A DNA stretch of 42,163 bases from an uncultured Campylobacterales bacterium (GTDB taxonomy: Bacteria > Campylobacterota > Campylobacteria > Campylobacterales > CAZAFM01), in contig CAZAFM010000002.1 in the NCBI GenBank assembly GCA_964484395.1, positions 1 to 42,163 of the forward strand, in the 5' to 3' direction. The position numbers were made by a program, and so were the translations under genes. Below the pieces are notes generated by a model, which did not search any database, was not told the DNA's origin, and saw nothing but the letters and a program-made list of their open reading frames with translations. Positions 10,670 to 19,737 of this stretch are shown one piece after another. Position 1 is the stretch's first letter, and the number at the start of each line of letters is the position of its first letter.

Positions 10670-10686
10670 TGGAACAATAGTTGCTT
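10670..10686 (+). promoter_or_regulatory. sigma54 (RpoN) -24/-12 promoter upstream of flgE
   Basis: The sequence tGGAACaatagTTGCtt has the canonical 12-nt spacing from the first G of the -24 GG to the G of the -12 GC. The GC lies about 39 nt upstream of the flgE ATG, with an AAAGGA RBS in between. flgE is a known sigma54 class gene in Campylobacter and Helicobacter. Confidence 0.75.
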
Positions 10687-10722
10687 TTTAACTTGCAATG
10701 AAATTAGATTAAAGGATCGAAA

Positions 10723-12894
10723 ATGTTAAAGTCACTATGGTCCGGTGTCAGCGGTATGCAGGCACACCAAATAGCACTTGATGTAGAAGGTAATAACATC
10801 TCAAATGTTAATACAACAGGTTTTAAGTACTCTAGAGCAAACTTTGCAGATATGCTTTCACAAACAAAACGAATAGCAACATCTCCGCAATCAAGCAGAG
10901 GTGGTCAAAACGAGCTAGCAATTGGACTAGGAACACAGATAAACTCAACTCAGAAGATATTCCTCCAAGGCTCAATACAATCAACTGATAAAAACACAGA
11001 TATGGCAATCCAAGGAGATGGGTTTTTTATGGTGAGTGCAGATGCTGGGAGCACATATAGATATACTAGGTCAGGGGATTTTACCTTTGATGCTAATGGA
11101 AATCTTGTAGATAATAATGGTTATGTGGTTCAAGGCTGGCTAAAAGAGATAAGTTCTGATAGTGATGCTTGTGAGGGTGAAGATTTGTTTACTAAAGTAG
11201 ATAGCTCAGGTCCTACACAAAACATACAGATAGACCCAGGGCTAACCCTGCCTGCCAAATCTACTGGAGAGATACAGCTAAAAGCTAACCTAACCTCTGG
11301 GGATACTGTAGAGCAGATGGAGTGTATATATGAACTAGATTCAAGTGCATCAACATCAGCAGATGGAAGTAATATGAGGTATGATAGTAATGGTGAGCCA
11401 ACTCAGTTAGCAGAGGACTTTGGAGTTCTTTTTAATGATGATGGAGAGGCTTTTAATCTAACAGCAGGTCAGGGTATATGGATGAGCTATAACACAGCTC
11501 AAGTAACTGCTGCAAATCCAGTCGCAGCTGGTGACCCTGGTCCTGGAACTATTACTTTTGAACTGAGTGATGGTTCAAATTATGATATAAACTACAACCT
11601 AAGTGATGCTACAGCTACTGCTACAGATAATGCAAATACCATAGCAACAGCTATAAACCAAAGATCAGAGCATACTGGTATAGAGGCAGTTGTAACTGGA
11701 GCTGGTAGCGATACGCTTCAACTTATAAACTACAATGATGATACTATAGGTAAATCAAAAAATATTAGAGTTGAACCTGGTGCAACAGCTTCATCAGGCT
11801 TCGATGCTGCTGGGCAAGAAGACATTACAGCATATAGGTACAATTATACAGATGCTCCAAATGCAGACTCTGCAAGTGGACAGTTTAAGACTACTGAGGA
11901 TTTAAGAGCTCTAGTTCAACAAGATGCAAATATAGAAAAGAGCGGAACTTATGTAGAATCAGCAGCCTCTGTTCAGGTTACTGTAAATGATGCAGGTAGA
12001 TTTGAGATAAAAAACCAAGATGATGGTGATACTAGTGCTGATTCTCTAAGGTTAGCAGTGACTGCTTATAGTGATACCAATGTTAGTGCAAATACTAGGT
12101 TTACAAGTACATTTGCTGCTCTGAATGCTTCACTAAGTGAGGACTCATTTTTGACAACCACGGCTATAAATGCAGCTAGCCATTATACTAGTATAGAGGT
12201 GTTTGACTCACTTGGGTCTAAGCATGTTATGGAGTTTGAGTTTAGGAAAACAGGAAGCTCTGAGTGGAGCTGGAGGTCAGTAGTTCCAGAGCCCGGAGTA
12301 ATCACAGGACATCCAGATACTAAAAACAATGTTTATGAAAACGGGACTGTGACATTTAACAATGATGGATCACTAAGAGGCTTTAATCCGCCAACACTTC
12401 AGTATGACCCACAAAATGGCTCCAAGGCTCCTCAGCTTATACGGCTTGAGTGGGGAACTAGTGGAAAGTATGATGGCTTGACAAGTGTTGATATGCCCTC
12501 ATCAACTGAGAATATAAAACAGAATGGATTTGGTGCAGGTGATTTATTGCAGATAAGAACTGATGCTACAGGGACGCTTCTTGGAAGTTTTAGTAATGGT
12601 AAAACAGTGGGGCTTGCTCAAGTTGCAATGGCAAAGTTTGCTAATAATGCTGGACTTCAGAGTGAAGGAAATAACCACTTCTCTCAATCAGCCAATAGTG
12701 GTGATCCAATAGTAGGAGAAGCAGCAACTAGCGGTAGAGGCGAGATAGCAGCAGCAAGTCTTGAGATGAGTAATGTTGACCTATCACGAAGTCTAACACA
12801 ACTAATAGTTGTCCAAAGAGGTTTTCAAGCAAACTCTAAAACAGTAACCACTTCAGATCAAGTATTAAACACCTTGCTAGGTCTAAAACAGTAA
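10723..12894 (+). CDS. flgE: flagellar hook protein FlgE (large epsilonproteobacterial type)
   Basis: 723 aa with the conserved flagellar rod/hook N-terminus (MLKSLWSGVSGMQAHQIALDVEGNNISNVNTTGFK) and C-terminus (EMSNVDLSRSLTQLIVVQRGFQANSK). It has the large central insertion seen in Helicobacter and Campylobacter FlgE. Confidence 0.95.
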   Translation: MLKSLWSGVSGMQAHQIALDVEGNNISNVNTTGFKYSRANFADMLSQTKRIATSPQSSRGGQNELAIGLGTQINSTQKIFLQGSIQSTDKNTDMAIQGDGFFMVSADAGSTYRYTRSGDFTFDANGNLVDNNGYVVQGWLKEISSDSDACEGEDLFTKVDSSGPTQNIQIDPGLTLPAKSTGEIQLKANLTSGDTVEQMECIYELDSSASTSADGSNMRYDSNGEPTQLAEDFGVLFNDDGEAFNLTAGQGIWMSYNTAQVTAANPVAAGDPGPGTITFELSDGSNYDINYNLSDATATATDNANTIATAINQRSEHTGIEAVVTGAGSDTLQLINYNDDTIGKSKNIRVEPGATASSGFDAAGQEDITAYRYNYTDAPNADSASGQFKTTEDLRALVQQDANIEKSGTYVESAASVQVTVNDAGRFEIKNQDDGDTSADSLRLAVTAYSDTNVSANTRFTSTFAALNASLSEDSFLTTTAINAASHYTSIEVFDSLGSKHVMEFEFRKTGSSEWSWRSVVPEPGVITGHPDTKNNVYENGTVTFNNDGSLRGFNPPTLQYDPQNGSKAPQLIRLEWGTSGKYDGLTSVDMPSSTENIKQNGFGAGDLLQIRTDATGTLLGSFSNGKTVGLAQVAMAKFANNAGLQSEGNNHFSQSANSGDPIVGEAATSGRGEIAAASLEMSNVDLSRSLTQLIVVQRGFQANSKTVTTSDQVLNTLLGLKQ

Positions 12895-12900
12895 TAGCTG

Positions 12901-14859
12901 ATGGACTTTCTGCAAGTCATTGAAAATGGAACTTGTGAGGAGTGTGAAAGAGCTCTAGCAAAACGCCTAGAGCTTAACTCCTCTTTTTTCAAAAAACACT
13001 ACAAAAAAGTTTACCCCCTTCTAACAAGAGAGCCATCAAACTACCAACTATATGTAGGTGAAGATGGTATTAACATCTACAACCTAGTAAACAAGAACTT
13101 TGTCTACCCTAAAAAAGAAGGGAAACACACATTTGTAGATATATCAAAGCAGTTTGCCACAAATCCTCTAAACAATCCTCTATGGAGACTTTCAAACAAT
13201 GACATCTACATAAACAAGATGGAGATAGAGAAGTTTGAGCAAAGTGGTGCTATACAAAATAGAGTAGTTGAGATGGGGTTAAGAAATGAAGACCTTCATA
13301 AAGGAATCTTACATCTTCCTTCAAATATGCTTCCAGTAACCTCTCTATTTGGGCTAGGAGGTGGGCTTTATTTAGAGTATCTACAAAACTCATTTGAGTA
13401 TATTCACTCACTTCTTGTTTTTGAAGAGAGTTATGATTTTTTTCGTATATCGTGCTGTTTTGTTGACTATCCTGCACTATTTAAGAGAATGGGGAGTGAA
13501 TCTCTCTATTTTTTTGTTGAGGATATCATTGATAGGAAGCTTATAAAAAGCTTTTTTACAAAAAGGCGTTTAACATCTAATTATATAAGACTTGAGCTTA
13601 CTCTATATAGCACTCCTAAGATAGAAGAGGTAAAAAAAATAGTTAGACTTGAGCAGTACTCAAACTCAAGAGGTTGGGGAACATATGAAGATGAGATGAT
13701 AGGTGTTAGAAACTCAAAAAGAAATATGAGTATTAAAGATGGAAAACTAAAATATCCAACACTTGCACATCCAAAAAAGCTAAACTACCCTATATGTGTT
13801 GTAGGAAATGGTCCAAGCCTTGATGATCTTATACCTTTTTTACAAAAAAACAAAAACAGTATGATAATTATCTCTTGTGGAACAGCCCTAAAACCTTTAC
13901 GAAACAATGGAATAAAACCAGACTTTCAGCTTGAGATTGAGAGGCTTCCTTTTTTAAAAAAGATATTAGAAGATTCTGAAATTGAAGATATTCCAATTAT
14001 TGGAGCAAATATAGTTGATAGCTCTACTCTTGAAGCTTCAAAAGAGGCTTATGTGTTTATGCGAGGCTCTTCTGCTCCTACCTATCTTAAAAAACCAAAA
14101 TTCACTCTTGAGCATAGCTATCCATTTGTAGGAAATGCTGGACTTGCTTTTGCTTTGGAGTTTGCTTCTTCAATCTATTTAGTTGGGCTAGATATGGGGT
14201 ATAAAAAGGGTAGAAGCAAACATGCAAAAAACTCATTTTATGGGGATGAGGACAACTTACTTCCAAAAGACGCTGTAGAGACTAAAGGAAACTTTAGTGA
14301 TGATATATACTCAACTCCACTCTTCTCTCTATCAAGAGAGATGGCAGAACTAGCCATTATGCTATCAAAGAACAAAAATGTATACAACCTAAGTGATGGG
14401 GCGTATATAAAGGGAGCTAAACCACAAAAAGAGTTATTAACTCTAAAAAAAATAGATAAAGAAGCTGCAGTTAAAAAACTAAAGAGCTCTTTTAGTAATG
14501 ATAGAAATATGGTAAAAGAGATAGAAGAGGAGTTTGAAAAGAAGAGCTTTAAAGAGTATAGAGAGGGGCTTTTTAAAATACTAAATAGACCTATAAATAG
14601 TAAAAGGGAGCTCTATATAGTTCTAGATGATGCATATACTTTTATAGAGAATTATAAAGCTAAAAACAGAGCTTTTGGGATACTTCTAAATGGTAGTACA
14701 AACCACATACTTTTGAGTATTTTTGTAGTTCTTATGCATATTAAAAGAGATGATATAGGATTTATCTATTCAAGACTTATTAAGATTTTTGAGGATGGAT
14801 TTGAACTTTTTGAGTCAAAATACTTTTTTTCCTCTATGTTTGCAAAAATGGAACAGTAA
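12901..14859 (+). CDS. motility accessory factor (Maf/DUF115 family, putative flagellin glycosyltransferase)
   Basis: 652 aa, which is the typical Maf size. The central DUF115-like motif is ICVVGNGPSLDDL...ISCGTALKPLRNNGIKPDFQLEIER. It starts 6 nt downstream of flgE. Confidence 0.7.
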   Translation: MDFLQVIENGTCEECERALAKRLELNSSFFKKHYKKVYPLLTREPSNYQLYVGEDGINIYNLVNKNFVYPKKEGKHTFVDISKQFATNPLNNPLWRLSNNDIYINKMEIEKFEQSGAIQNRVVEMGLRNEDLHKGILHLPSNMLPVTSLFGLGGGLYLEYLQNSFEYIHSLLVFEESYDFFRISCCFVDYPALFKRMGSESLYFFVEDIIDRKLIKSFFTKRRLTSNYIRLELTLYSTPKIEEVKKIVRLEQYSNSRGWGTYEDEMIGVRNSKRNMSIKDGKLKYPTLAHPKKLNYPICVVGNGPSLDDLIPFLQKNKNSMIIISCGTALKPLRNNGIKPDFQLEIERLPFLKKILEDSEIEDIPIIGANIVDSSTLEASKEAYVFMRGSSAPTYLKKPKFTLEHSYPFVGNAGLAFALEFASSIYLVGLDMGYKKGRSKHAKNSFYGDEDNLLPKDAVETKGNFSDDIYSTPLFSLSREMAELAIMLSKNKNVYNLSDGAYIKGAKPQKELLTLKKIDKEAAVKKLKSSFSNDRNMVKEIEEEFEKKSFKEYREGLFKILNRPINSKRELYIVLDDAYTFIENYKAKNRAFGILLNGSTNHILLSIFVVLMHIKRDDIGFIYSRLIKIFEDGFELFESKYFFSSMFAKMEQ

Positions 14860-14865
14860 TTGCTG
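14849..14865 (+). promoter_or_regulatory. second sigma54 -24/-12 promoter match, overlapping the maf stop codon, upstream of the LPP20/FlgP-like gene
   Basis: The sequence tGGAACagtaaTTGCtg has the same spacing as the flgE promoter. The GC lies 32 nt upstream of the ATG at 14895, with the same AAAGGA RBS context. Confidence 0.6.
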
Positions 14866-14894
14866 AACTTAAGAAAATACTCAAAGGATAGAGA

Positions 14895-15407
14895 ATGAGA
14901 AATGGATTTTTTGCACTTGCTCTTGCAGGAATGATGGTTTCAGGATGTGCACATCAAAAGCAGTCAAATATGGATGCCTCTCAATCACCCGCTCAGCCAC
15001 AAGCACCACAACATGCACCAGGGGATGAGATAAATGTGGCACCAGGTGTTATACCTAATGCTCCTATTTTAAATGAAGCTCAGATGATTGAAATCACTGC
15101 AGTAGGTATGGGAGTAGCTCCAGAGTCTACTATCTCACCAGCTCAAGCTTTAGCACTAGCTAAAAGAGCAGCAATTGTTGATGGCTACAGACAACTAGGT
15201 GAAAAAATGTATGGTATTAAAGTAAATGCTAAAGAGACAGTAAAAGATATGATTATGAGAAACTCAGTTGTTAGAACCAGAGTTTTTGCAGTAATCAAAA
15301 ATGCAGAAGTTATAGAGACAGCTTTTAAAGATGGACTTTGTCAAGTTCAGATGGAGCTAAAGCTAGATGCTGAAAGATGGAGATATATTCTAACTGGTAG
15401 AAAATAA
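14895..15407 (+). CDS. LPP20/FlgP family lipoprotein
   Basis: 170 aa with a lipobox (LAGMMVSGC). The C-terminal pattern GMGVAP...AKRAAIVDGYRQLGEKMYGIKV...V.G.I.NAEVIE...DG.C.V.MELKL is typical of the LPP20 domain. It lies in a flagellar gene neighbourhood and has a sigma54 promoter match upstream. Confidence 0.6.
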   Translation: MRNGFFALALAGMMVSGCAHQKQSNMDASQSPAQPQAPQHAPGDEINVAPGVIPNAPILNEAQMIEITAVGMGVAPESTISPAQALALAKRAAIVDGYRQLGEKMYGIKVNAKETVKDMIMRNSVVRTRVFAVIKNAEVIETAFKDGLCQVQMELKLDAERWRYILTGRK

Positions 15408-15408
15408 A

Positions 15409-15906
15409 TTGAACCATATTTTGTCCAAAACTCTACTTCTTGGGGTTTTGGGTCTTTTTTTTACTGCTTGTAGCCCTAAGATAACTACACTTGATTCAAC
15501 TTCATACTTTATGGTGATGAAAACAGAAACTATAAGGTTTGCAGATAGTGGCTTTATCAAAAAAACAGCAAATGATGGATACTACATAGAGCTTTTTAGT
15601 GCTGGAAATGCACTGTTTTGGCTTCTTTTAGAAGATGGTAAGGTGTGTAGTGAAGATGGATGCATAACGCAAAAAAACTTCATAGACAGTGAACTCTCAG
15701 AGTACTATCCAGAAAGCATCTTAAAAAATATCATCTCAAAAAAGCCTATTTTTGACTCTACAAATCTTATAAAAACTCCAAATGGCTTTAGACAAAAACT
15801 CAAAAAGAGAAGTAGCTATGATATTAACTATGAAGTAACTAAAAATAGTGTATATTTCAAAGATAATCTAAATGGAATACTTCTAAATTTTAAGGAGCTT
15901 CATTGA
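15409..15906 (+). CDS. hypothetical lipoprotein
   Basis: 165 aa with a signal peptide and lipobox (LGLFFTAC). The TTG start is 1 nt after the upstream stop. I recognise no family. Confidence 0.5.
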   Translation: MNHILSKTLLLGVLGLFFTACSPKITTLDSTSYFMVMKTETIRFADSGFIKKTANDGYYIELFSAGNALFWLLLEDGKVCSEDGCITQKNFIDSELSEYYPESILKNIISKKPIFDSTNLIKTPNGFRQKLKKRSSYDINYEVTKNSVYFKDNLNGILLNFKELH

Positions 15907-16745
15907 AGTATGTAGGAGCACATGTAAGTGCAAGTGGTGGAGTTGAGAATACTCCACTTAGGGCTAAAAATATAGGGGCTAAAGCTTTTGCACTTTTTAG
16001 CAAAAATCAACGCCAATGGGGAGGTAAACCTTTAAGTGAAAAAAACATTGATGAGTTTAAAAAAAACATAAAAATAGCTGGTATAGAGCCAAAGCACATA
16101 CTTCCTCACGATAGCTACCTTATAAATCTAGGCCATCCAGATAAGCAGAAACTTCAAAAAAGTCGTGAGGCGTTTATAGATGAGGTGCAAAGATGTGAGC
16201 TTTTAGGGCTGGATAGGTTGAATTTTCATCCCGGAAGTCATCTAAGAGAGATGAGTGAGGATGATTGTATTAAGCTTGTAGCTGAGTCTATAAACCTAGC
16301 CTTGCAAAAAAGCAGGGGTGTGAGTATGGTTATAGAAAACACAGCAGGACAAGGTAGTAATATTGGCTATAGATTTGAGCATCTAGCCAAAATTATAGAG
16401 CTAAGTGATGATAAATCGCGCATGGGGGTATGTATAGATACCTGTCATATGTTCGTTGCAGGGTATGATATAAGAGATAGGGAGAGTTATGAAAAAAGCT
16501 TTTCTCTGTTTGATAGTGTAGTTGGGTTTGAGTATCTAAAAGGTATGCACTTAAATGACTCAAAAGTCCCCTTTGCCTCCAAAAAGGATCGTCACCATAG
16601 TATTGGGAAGGGTGAGATAGGGTGTGAGGCTTTTAAGCTCATAATGAATGACCCTAGAATGGATGATATACCCTTAATACTTGAAACCATAGATGACACT
16701 ATTTGGGATAAAGAGATAGAGATGCTCTATGGGTTTATAAGCTGA
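15903..16745 (+). CDS. nfo: endonuclease IV (AP endonuclease)
   Basis: 280 aa with the [14 protein letters not shown]-terminus and metal-ligand motifs ([29 protein letters not shown]). The TTG start is needed to retain the conserved N-terminus. Confidence 0.95.
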   Translation: MKYVGAHVSASGGVENTPLRAKNIGAKAFALFSKNQRQWGGKPLSEKNIDEFKKNIKIAGIEPKHILPHDSYLINLGHPDKQKLQKSREAFIDEVQRCELLGLDRLNFHPGSHLREMSEDDCIKLVAESINLALQKSRGVSMVIENTAGQGSNIGYRFEHLAKIIELSDDKSRMGVCIDTCHMFVAGYDIRDRESYEKSFSLFDSVVGFEYLKGMHLNDSKVPFASKKDRHHSIGKGEIGCEAFKLIMNDPRMDDIPLILETIDDTIWDKEIEMLYGFIS

Positions 16746-16845
16746 CTTCATATACATAATGATACCAAATCTAGACTTGGTCGGTTTATAAGGTAGTTTT
16801 ACCTCTTTAGGTGATATACTTTACTCAAAAAAAGGTTATACTACT

Positions 16846-18576
16846 TTGCAATACATCATCGATTTTTTGGAAAAACCCAATATAGAAGATACAGAAGTCT
16901 ACAAACATCTAAAAGCCCAAAAAGATGAAGCACTAATTTTGAGACATATGCTAAAGGAGTATCTATCTGCTAATGAAGACTGCTCTGTTTTTGATATTCT
17001 AAACTCAGTTTTTGATAGTAAAAACTACTCATACCTAAACAAGCTAACACTTATTAAAAACCTCATGGAGTTAGGCTGGATATCACAAAACAGCTTTTTG
17101 CATCTAAAGGTAAATGAGATAAGCTCCCTTGAGCTTCTAAATACCTCTGTAAGCCTATCTCCGACTTTTTTACGCCTACTTGAAGAGGGAAATGTAGATG
17201 TAGTTCTACCTGAAGTAAAGCCATATAGTGACCATCTAGAGTATCTGCAAGATCAGTTCTTAAGAATAGAGCTTCACAGGAAGATTTCTACACTAAAGTC
17301 AAGCTATACGCAAAACTCTCCCTTTGTCTCACGCGTTAGAAGTGAGCTAAAGTTGGTTGAGAAGAGGATAAGTGAGAGGCTAAATATCACAAAAGACAAA
17401 CCTGATATACTACATTTTTTTAAAGAAAACACACTTCAGGAGTGTGAGCAGACTGTATTTTTAGCACTGCTAAAAGAGGAATATTCAGGAAGTGATGACT
17501 CTTTAAGAGAGATGAATGCCTTGATTGATCTAATAAGTAGTGATGAAATAGATAGGATAAAAAACAGAGGTTTTTTGGATGAGCACTCAAAGCTTATAGA
17601 AAAAGGCTTGATTGATTATGATGAGATTCTCACCCCTTTTGGTGGGATAGTTAGGAATTTTTTCATACCAGAAGAGATACTCCAAAAAATAGTCCATCCG
17701 CAAAAAAAGAAGAAAAAGCAGAGAATTAGACTTGATACACTAGTAAAAGAGCAAGATATATTTGAGTTTATCACACCAAAAAAAGACCTTGATAGTGTAA
17801 TACTCCATCCAAAAACTAGAGAGAGGCTGGATGCATTACTAAAACAGCTAGATAGTAGTGTGCTAAATCGCCTAAAAGAGTGGGGAATTATAGATAAAAA
17901 AAGAGACCTAAATGCAAGGATAATCCTATATGGACCACCAGGAACAGGAAAGACGCTAACTGCTATCTCACTTGCTAAATCTATGAAAAAGCAGGTGCTT
18001 AGCTTTGATTGCTCAAACATCCTCTCTATGTATGTAGGTGAGAGTGAGAAGAATGTAAGAAAGATTTTTGATACATACAAGGACATAGCCAAAAAGATAA
18101 AAAATGAACCAGTTTTGCTTCTAAATGAGGCAGATCAGTTTCTTAGCTCAAGAACTGTAAATACAAGCGGTAGTGCTGATAAGATGCATAATCAGATGCA
18201 AAATATCTTCTTAGAGCAGATTGAGAAGTTTGAGGGAGTGCTAATTGCTACTACAAACCTACTTGAGACTATTGACCCGGCATTTTCAAGAAGGTTTAAC
18301 TACAAGATAGAGTTTACAAAACCAAACAGAGCTCAAAGAGAGCTACTTTGGGAGAAGTTTTTACCAAAAAACGCAATGTATGCAGAAGATTTTGATATGT
18401 CTAAACTTGCAGATTTTACACTAACAGGTGGACAGATAGAGCTAATAGTCAAAAACTGTGCTTTAAGAGTTGCTAGTAAGGATAATCCTCTTTTTAAAGA
18501 AGATGATTTTATTGAAGAGATTCAAAGAGAGCAAAATAGCACTTTTGATAGTGAGAAAATGATGGGTTTTTTATAA
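16846..18576 (+). CDS. AAA+ family ATPase with an uncharacterised N-terminal domain of about 330 aa
   Basis: 576 aa with Walker A GPPGTGKT (nt 17932..17955), Walker B-like VLLLNEAD, and an arginine-finger region DPAFSRRF. Predicted TTG start. Confidence 0.8.
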   Translation: MQYIIDFLEKPNIEDTEVYKHLKAQKDEALILRHMLKEYLSANEDCSVFDILNSVFDSKNYSYLNKLTLIKNLMELGWISQNSFLHLKVNEISSLELLNTSVSLSPTFLRLLEEGNVDVVLPEVKPYSDHLEYLQDQFLRIELHRKISTLKSSYTQNSPFVSRVRSELKLVEKRISERLNITKDKPDILHFFKENTLQECEQTVFLALLKEEYSGSDDSLREMNALIDLISSDEIDRIKNRGFLDEHSKLIEKGLIDYDEILTPFGGIVRNFFIPEEILQKIVHPQKKKKKQRIRLDTLVKEQDIFEFITPKKDLDSVILHPKTRERLDALLKQLDSSVLNRLKEWGIIDKKRDLNARIILYGPPGTGKTLTAISLAKSMKKQVLSFDCSNILSMYVGESEKNVRKIFDTYKDIAKKIKNEPVLLLNEADQFLSSRTVNTSGSADKMHNQMQNIFLEQIEKFEGVLIATTNLLETIDPAFSRRFNYKIEFTKPNRAQRELLWEKFLPKNAMYAEDFDMSKLADFTLTGGQIELIVKNCALRVASKDNPLFKEDDFIEEIQREQNSTFDSEKMMGFL

Positions 18577-18600
18577 AAACATAAAGAACTCTCTAATTGG

Positions 18601-18632
18601 GTAGATACTACACATCGCAGTGAAGTATCTAC
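18601..18632 (+). terminator. hairpin downstream of the AAA+ gene (possible terminator)
   Basis: The arms gtagatact / agtatctac form a 9-bp stem that extends by cac/gtg inside the loop. It begins 25 nt after the stop codon. The trailing T-tract (atagattatctttt) is weak. Confidence 0.3.
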
Positions 18633-18805
18633 ATAGATTATCTTTTAAATATACACTAATCTCAGTGTTTTCATCTACAACTTAGACTACATTTTATGCG
18701 TGTTACTTTTTTAAACAATTTCTATTATTTTATACTTCATACTCTATATTTAGATTTTGATAAAGAGTTTTTAATAATTTTTTGATATAGTTTTCTTTAA
18801 CAATC

Positions 18806-18823
18806 TTAGATAAGTTTATCTAA
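18806..18823. promoter_or_regulatory. perfect 8-2-8 palindrome TTAGATAAGTTTATCTAA in the nuo promoter region (candidate operator)
   Basis: ttagataa and ttatctaa are exact reverse complements separated by 2 nt. The palindrome ends 33 nt upstream of the nuoA ATG and abuts a -10-like TAATAT. The half-sites (GATAA/TTATC) resemble Fur-box hexamers. Confidence 0.4.
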
Positions 18824-18856
18824 TATAAAAGCATTAAATCTATTAAGGAGAGGTAG

Positions 18857-19246
18857 ATGACTCATATAGAGACCGCACATCCGTATTTTGGGGTGTTTGT
18901 GTTTTTTGTACTCACTTTTGGTGCATTTTTCGCAACACTTCTTTTGACAAGATTTATCAGTGGAAAGCTAGCTAGAAAAGATACTGAGAAGTTAAAACTA
19001 GCTATGTATGAGTGTGGTCCTGAACCCACGAAACAACCAAACAAAGTTTCGGTTCAGTGGTATATGCTCGCACTTCTATTTATTATATTTGATGTGGAGA
19101 TTATATTTATGTTTCCTTGGGCTGTTGATTTTAAGATACTTGGTTGGTTTGGATTTGCAGCTATGTTTATATTTTTACTACTACTAACTATTGGTTTTGT
19201 ATATGAGTGGAAGAAAGGAGCACTAGAATGGCGCAGCATAAAATAA
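18857..19246 (+). CDS. nuoA: NADH-quinone oxidoreductase subunit A
   Basis: 129 aa with three TM segments and the YECGPEP motif typical of NuoA/ND3. AAGGAGAGG RBS upstream. Confidence 0.92.
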   Translation: MTHIETAHPYFGVFVFFVLTFGAFFATLLLTRFISGKLARKDTEKLKLAMYECGPEPTKQPNKVSVQWYMLALLFIIFDVEIIFMFPWAVDFKILGWFGFAAMFIFLLLLTIGFVYEWKKGALEWRSIK

Positions 19247-19737
19247 ACTACTTTAAAGACAGTGGGCTACCAGTTGTTTTAACAACAGTAGATCACCTCC
19301 TTAATTGGGGTAGAAGTAACTCTTTGTGGGCATTAACCTATGGGCTTGCTTGCTGTGCTATTGAGATGATGGCAAGTGGTGCTAGTAGATATGACTTTGA
19401 TAGGTTTGGTACTATCTTTAGAGCTAGTCCTAGACAATCAGACCTCTTAATTCTCTCAGGTACTCTTACAAAAAAGCACGCTGAGTTCTTAAGAAGACTC
19501 TATGATCAAATGCCAGATCCTAAGTGGGTTATCAGTATGGGAAGTTGTGCAAATACAGGTGGTATGTTTAATACCTATGCAACAGTTCAAGGTGTTGATA
19601 GGATAGTTCCTGTTGATATATATCTTCCTGGATGTGCTCCTAGACCTGAATCACTTCAGTATGCAGTTATGATGCTTCAAAGAAAGATAAGAAGTCAAAA
19701 AGCTTCAAAAAGAGCTCCAGAAAAGAGGTTTGTCTAA
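19228..19737 (+). CDS. nuoB: NADH-quinone oxidoreductase subunit B
   Basis: It carries the [15 protein letters not shown] and LPGCAPRPE motifs (N2 cluster ligands). I prefer the ATG at 19228, which gives MAQHKINYF and has an AAGGAG RBS 8 nt upstream, over the GTG at 19207 from the ORF track. Confidence 0.95.
   Translation: MAQHKINYFKDSGLPVVLTTVDHLLNWGRSNSLWALTYGLACCAIEMMASGASRYDFDRFGTIFRASPRQSDLLILSGTLTKKHAEFLRRLYDQMPDPKWVISMGSCANTGGMFNTYATVQGVDRIVPVDIYLPGCAPRPESLQYAVMMLQRKIRSQKASKRAPEKRFV

Noticed and set aside
17616-18092. A 158-aa ORF on the minus strand, antisense to the AAA+ ATPase gene.
   Set aside because: It lies entirely within a well-supported plus-strand CDS. The product is low-complexity and rich in Ser, Phe and Leu, as is typical of shadow ORFs in AT-rich genomes. 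It has no RBS and no recognisable domain. The same reasoning applies to the other antisense ORFs in the track (for example 145..336, 415..711, 985..1248, 8442..8690, 8736..9053, 22237..22554, 29272..29613, 29690..30022, 34945..35220, 36381..36692, 39257..39460).
19207-19227. The GTG at 19207, given by the ORF track as the nuoB start.
   Set aside because: The ATG at 19228 has an AAGGAG RBS at the proper distance. It yields the N-terminus [13 protein letters not shown] typical of epsilonproteobacterial NuoB. The extra 7 residues are probably not translated.
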